NCBI GenBank assembly: GCA_029941115.1
Contig: JAPYRK010000006.1
Coordinates: forward strand, 6,821-70,820
Length of the DNA stretch: 64,000 bases
Reading direction: 5' to 3'
Origin: Dehalococcoidia bacterium
GTDB taxonomy: Bacteria > Chloroflexota > Dehalococcoidia > UBA2979
Numbering within the stretch: position 1 is the first letter of the stretch; each line of letters opens with the position of its first letter. The translations under genes were made by a program, and so were the position numbers. Positions 20,201 to 29,661 of this stretch are shown in pieces. Under the pieces are notes generated by a model, which worked only from the letters and a program-made list of their open reading frames with translations, had not been told where the DNA came from and made no database searches.

Positions 20201-23200
20201 GTGATTATGAAACTTGGTAAATTACTTGTGGCTAATCGAGGTGAAATAGCAGTTCGAATTATTCGAGCTGCTTCTGAGCTGGATATAGAGACTTGCTCGA
20301 TATATTCTGAGGCAGACATTAATTCAATCCATTGGCGAAGAGCCGATGAGGCATTCTTACTTCAGGGCTCGGGTGCTCAGCCGTATTTAGACATAGAGCA
20401 AATCGTACAGGTGGCTACTGATGCTGGATGTGCCGCGGTCCATCCGGGTTATGGCTTTCTTAGCGAAAATCCTGAGTTTGCTATCAAGTGTGAATCCGCT
20501 GGGATAAAGTTTGTCGGTCCAGAATCTTCCTCACTAAACGTTTTTGGTGACAAAGTATTGGCGAGACAAGTCGCGATGCAGCACGGAATACCGGTTGTAC
20601 CTGGACTTGACCATCCGGTAACGGTCACTGAGGCAATGGAATTTCTGGGATCTTTGGAAGAGGGTCAGTCAGCGATTCTCAAGGCTGTGCATGGCGGAGG
20701 TGGGCGTGGAGTTCGTGTACTCGAAAAGGATAGTGATGTTGGACAGGCGTACCGAGAGGCACAGACTGAGGCTGAATCGTCCTTTGGGAGTGCAGATCTC
20801 TACATCGAAAGATACCTACCCAATGTTCGCCATATTGAAGTGCAAATAGCCGGTGACTCAACTGGCGCGATCTCACATTTTTGGGAGCGCGATTGTTCCA
20901 TACAGAGGCGTCACCAGAAAATTATTGAGATAGCTCCTGCCCCGTTTTTGGATGAAGCCGTTAGGGATGCATTACTGGCGGCGGCGGTAACAATCGGAGA
21001 GGCCGCAAATTACGAAAATCTAGGCACCGTGGAGTTTTTGGTATCGGCAAGCCAGACAGAATCGAGCGAATTCTTTTTCATTGAGGTAAATCCAAGACTG
21101 CAGGTAGAACACACAGTAACTGAAGAAGTCACAGGTATTGATTTGGTACAAACACAATTGCGAATTGCTTCAGGTGAGAGTCTTGCATCACTTGGTCTTT
21201 TACAGGGATCGATTGCGCCAGCCCAAGGTTACGCGATTCAGGCAAGAGTAAATATGGAGAAAATCAAGGAAGACGCCACCGTGGTTCCGTCAACGGGAAC
21301 TCTATCAGTGTTCGCTCCGCCATCAGGTCTTGGTGTACGGACGGACACTTTTGGTTACAGCGGTTACCAGACTAGTACAAGTTTCGATTCACTTCTGGCA
21401 AAAGTAATTGGGTATTCCAGTTCTCGTGAATTTGCTCCTGCGGTCGCACGGGTTGAAAATGCGCTGGCCGAGTTTGATGTCAAAGGTGTGGATACCAATA
21501 TATCTTTCTTGAGAGCCATTCTTGGTCATCAATCGTTTCGGAATGGAGAAGTGTACACACGTTTTGTTGATTCAGAGGCCGGTGGACTCAACCAGCTTGC
21601 CAAAGAAATAGGCGACAGTGTTTTATTGGGCTTTGCCGAACCGAACGAACAGGCTGGGGCGACGATCGATTCTAACGACCCTTTGGCGGTACTAGATTAT
21701 GGAATACAAGCGATTCGGAGTGCGGAGACACAGTCTTCTCCAGAGCTAGGTGGACAATCCGATGCCCCTGGATCAGTAAGGTCACCTCTGCAGGGTACTG
21801 TCGTATCTATTGAAGTCTCGGTTGGCGAGAAAGTACAAGCCGGACAACTACTAGCGGTAATGGAATCAATGAAAATGCAGCATGAGATTAAAGCTCATTT
21901 AAGTGGTTCGGTCAGTGTTATTAGTGTTAGTTCAGGCGACACTCTTTGGGAGAATCACACGCTGATGATCATCGAAGCACATGAAGTCTCTGGGTCTGTT
22001 ATTGAAGGTGACAATTCAGTCGATTTAGAGTTCATTCGTCCTGATCTCGAGGAAATTTTGGTACGCCGTGCCGCGACCCTGGATGAGAATCGAGAAGAGG
22101 CGGTGTCCAAGCGCCATTCTCGGAATCTGAGGACAGTTCAGGAGAATGTAGAGGATTTGTTCGATACAGGAACTTTTTTGGAGTACGGACCTCTAGTTCT
22201 AGCAAACCAGTTCTCGCGTCGTAGCTTGAATGAATTAATTGAAAAGACACCAAGAGACGGGATGATTACCGGTATGGGGAGTGTGAACGGAGATCTGTTT
22301 TCTGGTCCTGAAAGTATGGTCGCAACAATTGCATATGATTATATGGTTTTGGCCGGTACGCAAGGGAACAGAAATCATCAAAAAACCGATCGAATGATTG
22401 AAGTAGCACGAAACTCACAACTACCCTTGGTATTGTTTGCAGAAGGCGGTGGCGGTCGGCCCGGAGACGATGGGCTTCATGCAGCTGGAGGTAGCTCAAC
22501 GTTTGCTTCTTTTTCAACCCTAAGTGGCCTGGTCCCTATGGTCGGAATTACGGCAGGCCGTTGTTTTGCCGGCAATGCTTCATTACTTGCTTGTTGTGAC
22601 GTAATTATCGCCACGGAAGGATCAAATATTGGGATGGGAGGACCGGCAATGATCGAAGGTGGTGGCCTAGGTATTTTTGCTCCTGAAGATATTGGTCCGA
22701 TGGAAATACAGATACCCAACGGCGTCGTAGATATATCGGTTAAAGACGAAGCAGAAGCCGTTCAAGTTACTAAGAAATACCTGTCTTACTTCCAGGGGTC
22801 AGTGGATACATGGGAGGCTCCTGATCAGCGTGAAATGAGGCAGATTGTCCCTGAAAATAGATTGCGAGTCTATAACGTTCGAGACGTGATTAATACGCTG
22901 GCTGACGTTGACTCCATACTTGAGATTCGGCCTGAGTTTGGAATTGGAATTGTCACTGTATTGGTCCGTGTGGAGGGCAGGAGTTTGGGTGTTATTGCTA
23001 ACAATCCTGGTCATTTGGGCGGTGCTATTGACTCAGATGGTGCTGACAAAGCCGCTCGGTTTATGCAGCTTTGTGACGCGTTCGATCTGCCGTTGCTCAC
23101 TCTAGTTGACACCCCTGGCATCATGGTTGGCCCTGAGGTGGAAAAAACCGCTTTAGTGCGTCACGCTAATCGGCTATTTCTGCATGGCGCCAATATTGAA

Positions 23201-23584
23201 ACGACTTTCATGTCAATTATTTTACGAAAGGCATATGGACTGGGCGCAATAGCCATGACAGGCGGTAATTATCGCCAACCACAGTTCACCGTGTCTTGGC
23301 CGACGGGGGAGTTTGGCGGAATGGGCCTGGAGGGTTCAGTGAAGCTTGGGTATCGTGATGAACTTGCGTCCATTGCGGACCCAGAAGAGCGATTAGAAAA
23401 ATATGAAGCGATGGTGGCTCGGGCATATGAGCGTGGTAAAGCTTTGAATACGGGAATGAACTTCGGTTTTGATGACACGATTGATCCCGCGGAATCGAGG
23501 GCGTGGATTGCGGGAACGCTTAAGGCAGCAAAATTACCTCCAATAAGATCTGGAAAAAAACGTCCGTTTATCGATGCCTGGTAG
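20201..23584 (+). CDS. single-chain multidomain acyl-CoA carboxylase (biotin carboxylase - BCCP - carboxyltransferase fusion, LCC-type)
   Basis: An N-terminal ATP-grasp biotin carboxylase (GYGFLSEN, EVNPRLQVEH), a biotinyl domain with the SMKM biotinylation motif (about residue 545), and a C-terminal AccD/PccB-like carboxyltransferase, all in one 1127 aa ORF. Confidence 0.85.
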   Translation: MIMKLGKLLVANRGEIAVRIIRAASELDIETCSIYSEADINSIHWRRADEAFLLQGSGAQPYLDIEQIVQVATDAGCAAVHPGYGFLSENPEFAIKCESAGIKFVGPESSSLNVFGDKVLARQVAMQHGIPVVPGLDHPVTVTEAMEFLGSLEEGQSAILKAVHGGGGRGVRVLEKDSDVGQAYREAQTEAESSFGSADLYIERYLPNVRHIEVQIAGDSTGAISHFWERDCSIQRRHQKIIEIAPAPFLDEAVRDALLAAAVTIGEAANYENLGTVEFLVSASQTESSEFFFIEVNPRLQVEHTVTEEVTGIDLVQTQLRIASGESLASLGLLQGSIAPAQGYAIQARVNMEKIKEDATVVPSTGTLSVFAPPSGLGVRTDTFGYSGYQTSTSFDSLLAKVIGYSSSREFAPAVARVENALAEFDVKGVDTNISFLRAILGHQSFRNGEVYTRFVDSEAGGLNQLAKEIGDSVLLGFAEPNEQAGATIDSNDPLAVLDYGIQAIRSAETQSSPELGGQSDAPGSVRSPLQGTVVSIEVSVGEKVQAGQLLAVMESMKMQHEIKAHLSGSVSVISVSSGDTLWENHTLMIIEAHEVSGSVIEGDNSVDLEFIRPDLEEILVRRAATLDENREEAVSKRHSRNLRTVQENVEDLFDTGTFLEYGPLVLANQFSRRSLNELIEKTPRDGMITGMGSVNGDLFSGPESMVATIAYDYMVLAGTQGNRNHQKTDRMIEVARNSQLPLVLFAEGGGGRPGDDGLHAAGGSSTFASFSTLSGLVPMVGITAGRCFAGNASLLACCDVIIATEGSNIGMGGPAMIEGGGLGIFAPEDIGPMEIQIPNGVVDISVKDEAEAVQVTKKYLSYFQGSVDTWEAPDQREMRQIVPENRLRVYNVRDVINTLADVDSILEIRPEFGIGIVTVLVRVEGRSLGVIANNPGHLGGAIDSDGADKAARFMQLCDAFDLPLLTLVDTPGIMVGPEVEKTALVRHANRLFLHGANIETTFMSIILRKAYGLGAIAMTGGNYRQPQFTVSWPTGEFGGMGLEGSVKLGYRDELASIADPEERLEKYEAMVARAYERGKALNTGMNFGFDDTIDPAESRAWIAGTLKAAKLPPIRSGKKRPFIDAW

Positions 23585-23592
23585 GTAGAAGT

Positions 23593-24252
23593 TCAGCTCA
23601 GCCTTAAATCCAAAGGTGATGCAGCTTTTCGTTTTAGAGCGGAAACGAGATCGATAACCGTTTTGATCTCGGTCGAAAATATGGTTGCTGCTCTTCCGAC
23701 CGCCTGAACTGAATGAGCATCTGACCCTCCGACCGCGACCACACCTAATTCCTTAGCTAGTCTCACATAGTAGCCATCATCACTGTCGGAATGATCGCCG
23801 TTGACCGCTTCGATACCCGTGAACCAATTTTGTATTTCTTCACTAGAGGGTCTGCGTAGAGTTCCTGTTGAACGCATGGGATGTGCGACGATTAAAGCTG
23901 CACCTTCTTCTTCGGCACTCTTAATTAAGTGATCTATCATTAATAATTGGGGACGATATCGAGAGAAACCGTAGGCAAGAATATGCCCGAAGTTAGTTCC
24001 TAACTCGATAGCCGGAAGGACATTGATCTGGAAAATTTCACTGAGTCGCTTTGTGTCTTCCTCGGGCCAAAGTGCATTGTGTTCGGTCAGGCAAATTCCA
24101 TCTAGTCCTCGAGCAGCCGCTTGGCCTACGAGTTTCTCGACGCTCACTCCACTATCGAGTGATTTGTCTGAACTATGGGCATGCATCTCAAAGACAGAAC
24201 CACCCTCGGGCCGATATTGTCTCGGGAATTCCAGTCGGATATCTAAGCTCAC
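23593..24252 (-). CDS. PHP domain (histidinol-phosphatase-like) metal-dependent phosphoesterase
   Basis: MHAHSSDKS, LTEHNA and AHPMR are the His motifs of the PHP fold; 219 aa. Confidence 0.7.
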   Translation of the reverse strand: MSLDIRLEFPRQYRPEGGSVFEMHAHSSDKSLDSGVSVEKLVGQAAARGLDGICLTEHNALWPEEDTKRLSEIFQINVLPAIELGTNFGHILAYGFSRYRPQLLMIDHLIKSAEEEGAALIVAHPMRSTGTLRRPSSEEIQNWFTGIEAVNGDHSDSDDGYYVRLAKELGVVAVGGSDAHSVQAVGRAATIFSTEIKTVIDLVSALKRKAASPLDLRLS

Positions 24253-24298
24253 GTAAAATTAATACCTTTTAGCTTTACTACTTGTGAATCACTGAATT

Positions 24299-25270
24299 CT
24301 AGCGTAGAAGCTCAATGAGTTCAGGCAATACAGCTAGGCAATCATCGATGATACCTACATCGGCATATTTAAAAATTGGAGCATCTGGATCAGAATTAAT
24401 TGCCACAATTAGACGGGCATTGGAGCATCCCGCCATGTGTTGACTAGCTCCCGAAATGCCTGCCGCAACATAGAGTGCGGGAGCAACAGTGGTGCCGGTT
24501 AGTCCGATTTGTTCTGTGGGTGGTGCCCAGTATTCGTCAACGATCGCTCGAGAGGCTCCGGGCATCCCCTTTAATAGGTTTGCCAATTCTCTCACAAGTG
24601 CAAAATTTTCAGCGTTTTGTAAACCTCGACCACCAGACACAACTATCTCCGCATTTTCAAGACGAGGTCCTTCATCAGCTGTTGCCTCAGTGATGACCCG
24701 CACCCTGTCCGCCAAGAGTTCAAGATTGAGTTCTACTATGTCTGAGGAGTTTTCCGGGTGAGGCGTCGGGGCTTCAGCTGCAGCTGGTCGCAAACCAACG
24801 ACTACAGGCGAAGTAGAATCGATTTGGTAGAGTGCTCTGGCAGCACCTCCATACACGGCTGCCTCAATTTCGGTATATTGCTCGTTTATTGTTTCAATCC
24901 TTGTCACGTTCATTACACAGGTACCGTCTATCCGTCTCGACAATCTAGGGATAAATTCAAGTGTTGATGGATGTCTGCCGATGAGCACTATGCGTGCCCC
25001 TGAGCTGGAAACAATGTGAGCAGCAGCCGAAACCATATTGTCCCCCGAAAAGCGAGCGAGCAACGAATCTTCGATTGTGTAGACCTTTGTCGCACCAAGC
25101 TCAGTAACTTCTGCGGTTGCGGACGAGTTATCTGCACCGATGAGCCCGCATTCCACTGGGCGTCCGGTATTTTCTGACAAATTCTGAGCGAAACCTAAGG
25201 CTTCGCGAGCGCCTATATTGATTTGTGAAGTCTCATCAATATGTGCCAGCACAAGAATGGGATCAGACAT
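24299..25270 (-). CDS. etfA: electron transfer flavoprotein subunit alpha
   Basis: The FAD-binding C-terminal domain (GISGASQHMAG, AINSDPDAPIF) and its position downstream of etfB. Confidence 0.9.
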   Translation of the reverse strand: MSDPILVLAHIDETSQINIGAREALGFAQNLSENTGRPVECGLIGADNSSATAEVTELGATKVYTIEDSLLARFSGDNMVSAAAHIVSSSGARIVLIGRHPSTLEFIPRLSRRIDGTCVMNVTRIETINEQYTEIEAAVYGGAARALYQIDSTSPVVVGLRPAAAEAPTPHPENSSDIVELNLELLADRVRVITEATADEGPRLENAEIVVSGGRGLQNAENFALVRELANLLKGMPGASRAIVDEYWAPPTEQIGLTGTTVAPALYVAAGISGASQHMAGCSNARLIVAINSDPDAPIFKYADVGIIDDCLAVLPELIELLR

Positions 25271-26078
25271 TTAAGTCACCTCGTTCTCTAAGGATCTGCA
25301 GTAAATGTTTCGCCTTTTCCTTCGGGTCAACACCTTCAATTATTTCGCAGTTTCCCTGCACTTCTGGAACCGTTAAGAGTTTGATGCTCATTTTTTCAGT
25401 AGCTGGACCTGGCAGCAGTTCGTCGGCTCGAAAAACGGTAGGGGGATTACGACGGGACTGAATCATGCGCCGGCTACTTGGATACCGTGGCTGCCCAATC
25501 TCATTACTAACAGCTACTACCGCTGGCAGATTGCATGCCAGTGTTTCCGGCCCGTTTGGAGTCACAACGTCAACATGCAATGATTGTGTTTGTTCGTCAA
25601 AATTTATCTGAGACGCCATGGTGATGAACGGCATTCCGAGATCCTCAGACAAGATCGCCGGGACGGCACCTTGGTCGTAGTCAGAACCCTGCCGACCGCA
25701 CAAAATTAGATCGACATCTCCTAGATTCTTGGCGACAGTGGCAAGTATCTGAGAAATTCGAAACGGATTACCTGATTGTTTTTCGTCATCATGCACGTGA
25801 ATGGTATTTTCAGCTCCCATTGCGTAGCATCGCTTTAGTACATCGGGGGCCGTATCTGAACCAACCGTGACTGCTGTCACACGAGTACCCTCTTGGACCT
25901 CAGCAATCTGTAAGGCAGCCTCCATCGCCTGTTCGTCATAGGCATTAATAATTTGTGGCACGGTCGCTCCAGTATTAAACCCTAGCCCGTCTTCACTAAC
26001 TTCTAAACGCCCCCATAACGCATAACTGTTAATACCGTCAGGATCCAACACTTGCTTTGCTGCCACAAGAATATGCAT
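25263..26078 (-). CDS. etfB: electron transfer flavoprotein subunit beta
   Basis: MHILVAAKQVLD start and the AMP-binding fold. It overlaps etfA by 8 nt, the usual operon arrangement. Confidence 0.9.
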   Translation of the reverse strand: MHILVAAKQVLDPDGINSYALWGRLEVSEDGLGFNTGATVPQIINAYDEQAMEAALQIAEVQEGTRVTAVTVGSDTAPDVLKRCYAMGAENTIHVHDDEKQSGNPFRISQILATVAKNLGDVDLILCGRQGSDYDQGAVPAILSEDLGMPFITMASQINFDEQTQSLHVDVVTPNGPETLACNLPAVVAVSNEIGQPRYPSSRRMIQSRRNPPTVFRADELLPGPATEKMSIKLLTVPEVQGNCEIIEGVDPKEKAKHLLQILRERGDLNV

Positions 26079-26102
26079 AGTGCTCCTTATACCTCCAGAG
26101 AT

Positions 26103-26384
26103 TTAGTCAAAAGAATAGACGTAGGATTCCTCACACCAAACGAATTCATCCTTAAAATCATCTGGTTTGACTGACAACTGACCTATTTCTAACCAGTACC
26201 ACGGGGGATCCCCCTGAACAATTTTTCGTCCAGTTAAAACTCCCTCGAAGGCAGCACGTGACGCAAAATTGGTGTTCCCAACTTGGGCGCCACCATCCGC
26301 CTCGACGCGTCTACCAACGAGTTCGGAATCGAGCGTGATCTGCATCGATCCCTTTGGTTGCCCCGACTCTATCTTTTCACTCAT
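26103..26384 (-). CDS. hypothetical protein (93 aa) between the NMO and etfB genes
   Basis: The ORF is in operon context but has no recognisable motif. Confidence 0.3.
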   Translation of the reverse strand: MSEKIESGQPKGSMQITLDSELVGRRVEADGGAQVGNTNFASRAAFEGVLTGRKIVQGDPPWYWLEIGQLSVKPDDFKDEFVWCEESYVYSFD

Positions 26385-26404
26385 GAAAAGTATTCAGCCC
26401 AGAC

Positions 26405-27523
26405 TTACGCTGTAGCTGAGTTTTCAGTGGCACGCTCGAAGAGCTCAAGCGCTTCGTCGGCCATTTCATACACGACCTCGGCCGCGGGTTTGATTGCATC
26501 AATGCCAACGATTGCCTGACCAGCTGGTGTAGTCATCCAATCTTCGAGATTCGCTTCCTTAATGTCGCGGAGTACATCGTTGACGAGCATACCTTGAAGT
26601 GGCATAGGGAGAGTATCGGGGGCCCCGTCCTCTTTCCAAATATCCGACCATCTTGAACGGAGCTGTCGTATTGGTTTTCCGGACATAGCACGCGACTGTA
26701 CGGCGTCTTCAACCTTGGAGTCTATTATTCGTTGTTTTAGGAACATGGCGGTTTCTGATTCATGGGTAGCGAGCCAGATGGTACCGGTCCAAACCCCTGC
26801 TGATCCCATCGCGATCGAGGCTGCGAGATGCTTGCCACTCGATACCCCGCCTGCAGTTAGAACTAACGTATCCGTACCTTCGGCCATTCTCACGATTTCC
26901 GGCACGAGAGTAAAGGTGCCTACCGTTCCACTATGTCCACCAGAGTCATAGCCCTGAGCTACTACAACGTCGACGCCTGCTTCGATCTGTCTACGGGCTT
27001 GTCGCGGAAGTCCTACGAGTCCCCAGACCTTCATTCCCTCTTGATGAGCCCGTTCAATAATGAACGCGGGGCTGCCTAGCCCGGACGCGAATATAGGTAC
27101 TTTTTCCTCAAATAATATATCGAGCTGCTGGCGTGATCGCTCTAGTAGATTTTCGTAACCAGAGTAAGTAGGGTCAATATCACTTGGTGGAGGAGAATCA
27201 GGAGCACCAGAAACGGACTTAACGTGCTGCACAAATGTTCGATGTTCGTCTGGGATCATTTCGTCTAGATCTTCGCGATTTCCCTCAACAAATGAGGCTG
27301 GGACTAGCAAATCCACACCGAAGGGCTTATCACCAATTTTGTCCCGGATCCAGCGGATATCGGACCGTAGTTCATCTGGTTTAAGTCCGGTTGCACCAAG
27401 TATTCCGATCCCGCCTGCGTTCGAAACAGCGGCGATTACGTCTTTAGTATGAGCAAATGCGACCACCGGAATTTCACATCCATATTCTTCGCAAAGCTTT
27501 GTGTTTAGCGGGTTTCCATCCAT
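26405..27523 (-). CDS. nitronate monooxygenase / 2-nitropropane dioxygenase family (FMN-dependent, FabK-like)
   Basis: GGIGILGA FMN-binding motif, TIM-barrel pattern, 372 aa. Confidence 0.8.
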   Translation of the reverse strand: MDGNPLNTKLCEEYGCEIPVVAFAHTKDVIAAVSNAGGIGILGATGLKPDELRSDIRWIRDKIGDKPFGVDLLVPASFVEGNREDLDEMIPDEHRTFVQHVKSVSGAPDSPPPSDIDPTYSGYENLLERSRQQLDILFEEKVPIFASGLGSPAFIIERAHQEGMKVWGLVGLPRQARRQIEAGVDVVVAQGYDSGGHSGTVGTFTLVPEIVRMAEGTDTLVLTAGGVSSGKHLAASIAMGSAGVWTGTIWLATHESETAMFLKQRIIDSKVEDAVQSRAMSGKPIRQLRSRWSDIWKEDGAPDTLPMPLQGMLVNDVLRDIKEANLEDWMTTPAGQAIVGIDAIKPAAEVVYEMADEALELFERATENSATA

Positions 27524-27558
27524 TTTCTTGACTCCTTCTTAGTTTTGCTAGCCTTTTT

Positions 27559-28365
27559 CTAAACCAGTACTGCTGGTGTTAGGGCGAACTCTTCAATCAT
27601 TTCATCTGCGTATGCTATTCGACCTGACAGCTTGCCACCTTCATCATGTACTAGTCTGAGGCAGGCTTCAGCCATGTTTTCGACCGGCACTACTCGATCT
27701 TTATTTGATTCATTCACCAATCCATGGTGCAGAACTCCAGGAGTTGCGACGAGGCCTGGTGAGATCGCATTTACTCTGATATTTTGATCGGCGACTTCAG
27801 ATGCAAGACCGGTAGACAGCCTTTCTAGTGCTGCTTTACACATTCCGTAAACGGTACCGCCGGATGCTGGCCCCCCAACTTCTGGATGTAGAGCTGCGTG
27901 GGACGAAATATTAAGTATCCAACCACTTCCCGTTTCACGCATATTTTCCATAGCGAGTTGAGCCAGATGCAGTGGGCCGTGGACCTGCACCTCAAACATG
28001 AGTTTTTGACGTTTTTCTGGAAATTCTGAGATAGGTATGAAGTAAGTTACGGCCGCATTGTTGACTACAATATCAACGCTTCCAAAAAGCGCCTTCGTGG
28101 TCTCAATAAGCTGCACTCGATCTTCGGCCAGTGCCATATCGCATCTAACTGCGGCCGCTTCACCGCCCGCATCATTAATCCGCTTCACGACGGAATTCAT
28201 GCTTCCGGCTAAGATATGATCTCCGTCATCAACGGTTCGTGCCGAGACGACCACTTTAGCGCCTTCCATTGCGTATCGAATAGCAATTGCTTCTCCAATA
28301 CCGCGTGATGCCCCAGTGATAATTGCGACCTTGCCGGCCAATAATCCATTTTTGTTAATTGACAT
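27559..28365 (-). CDS. SDR family oxidoreductase
   Basis: ITGASRGIGEAIA and NNAA; 268 aa. Confidence 0.85.
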   Translation of the reverse strand: MSINKNGLLAGKVAIITGASRGIGEAIAIRYAMEGAKVVVSARTVDDGDHILAGSMNSVVKRINDAGGEAAAVRCDMALAEDRVQLIETTKALFGSVDIVVNNAAVTYFIPISEFPEKRQKLMFEVQVHGPLHLAQLAMENMRETGSGWILNISSHAALHPEVGGPASGGTVYGMCKAALERLSTGLASEVADQNIRVNAISPGLVATPGVLHHGLVNESNKDRVVPVENMAEACLRLVHDEGGKLSGRIAYADEMIEEFALTPAVLV

Positions 28366-28413
28366 CTATACCCCCGTATTTCTGTTTGCTCAGCTTAGCG
28401 CATTTCTACTAAA

Positions 28414-29661
28414 TCAGATGATTCCATTACTTCGAAACGCTATTACTTTTCTTTCGTCATATCCTAATAGATCGATTAATATTTCATCATTATCAGCGCC
28501 GGTACTTGGTGTTGGGCCAGTTATTTCACCCTGTCCTTTTTCAAGTTTCCATATCACTCCTCGATAGAGCGAATCAAGAGAGAAATTGTTGTCGGTCACG
28601 GTGAGACTAGTTCGGTGCAGACTATTGAGATTCTCATCATTGACTAGATCCAGTGTCCCCATGACCGGGTATGCTGGAATTTTTGACTTTTGGAGAGTTT
28701 TTGTTAGTTGCATAGCTGTGTAATCCTTGGTCCATGATTCAATGGTCTCGTCTAATTCATCTTGATTATCGAGTCGACCCTGTAACGTCTTGAACTTAGG
28801 GTTTGTTATATCCTCTGATTTTTGCGCTGCCAGATCTTTAAACGTCTCCCATTCTTCTTGATTTCGAACTGAGATCGATATCCATTCATCGAGCCCTGAT
28901 GTTTTGTAGTAACCGTGTGGTGCTGTCGCTGGGTATCTATTGCCTTGCGGACCTGCAACTCGGCCGTTTAAAAAGTAATCCATCAATGGTTCAGCTATTC
29001 GTTGAATGCAGGCTTCTCCTTGGGCTATATCAATGTGTTGGCCTCGCCCGGTCGTGTCCCGAGATTCAAGCGCCGCAAGTATCGCAAAAAACGCATGACC
29101 TGCCGCGGTAGGATCCAAATCCGCTTGGTCTTCTTGAGGATGGTCAGAATCGTGGTACCCAAGGACACTCTTTATTCCATAGAGCGCTGCCAGGGAGGGA
29201 CCGTAGGTGACGAGATCTCTCCACGGGCCATCGGTTGCTCCTGTAGCTGAAAGCGAGGCCAATATTATCTTCGGATTAATTCTCGTAAGAACATCAAAAC
29301 CGAGACCCAACGAAGGCATTACTCGGGCTGAAAAGTTTTCGACTACTACGTCGCTGACTGCGATGAGTTTTTTATATATTTCTTTGCCATCTTCTGACTG
29401 TAGATCCAGACTTAAGCTTTTCTTACCTCGATCGAATGCGTGATATGCCATTGGGTCAGAGATATCGACTGCATCCCGAGTGGCTGTGCCGGCCATTCCT
29501 TTGCCTGCCATTGACACTCCTGATCCACCCGTGGGGGATTGTATTTTTATAACTTCCGCGCCCATATCTTTAAAACTCATTCCCAGAAGCGGTCCAGCCC
29601 AGACGTGGCCGTGATCTATTACTCGTATTCCGCTGAGCGGACCATTGGTTGTTGCAGTCAT
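28414..29661 (-). CDS. CoA-transferase family III (CaiB/BaiF)
   Basis: Family III N-terminus (GIRVIDHGHVWAGP); 415 aa. Its start overlaps the stop of the upstream paralogue as TAATG. Confidence 0.85.
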   Translation of the reverse strand: MTATTNGPLSGIRVIDHGHVWAGPLLGMSFKDMGAEVIKIQSPTGGSGVSMAGKGMAGTATRDAVDISDPMAYHAFDRGKKSLSLDLQSEDGKEIYKKLIAVSDVVVENFSARVMPSLGLGFDVLTRINPKIILASLSATGATDGPWRDLVTYGPSLAALYGIKSVLGYHDSDHPQEDQADLDPTAAGHAFFAILAALESRDTTGRGQHIDIAQGEACIQRIAEPLMDYFLNGRVAGPQGNRYPATAPHGYYKTSGLDEWISISVRNQEEWETFKDLAAQKSEDITNPKFKTLQGRLDNQDELDETIESWTKDYTAMQLTKTLQKSKIPAYPVMGTLDLVNDENLNSLHRTSLTVTDNNFSLDSLYRGVIWKLEKGQGEITGPTPSTGADNDEILIDLLGYDERKVIAFRSNGII

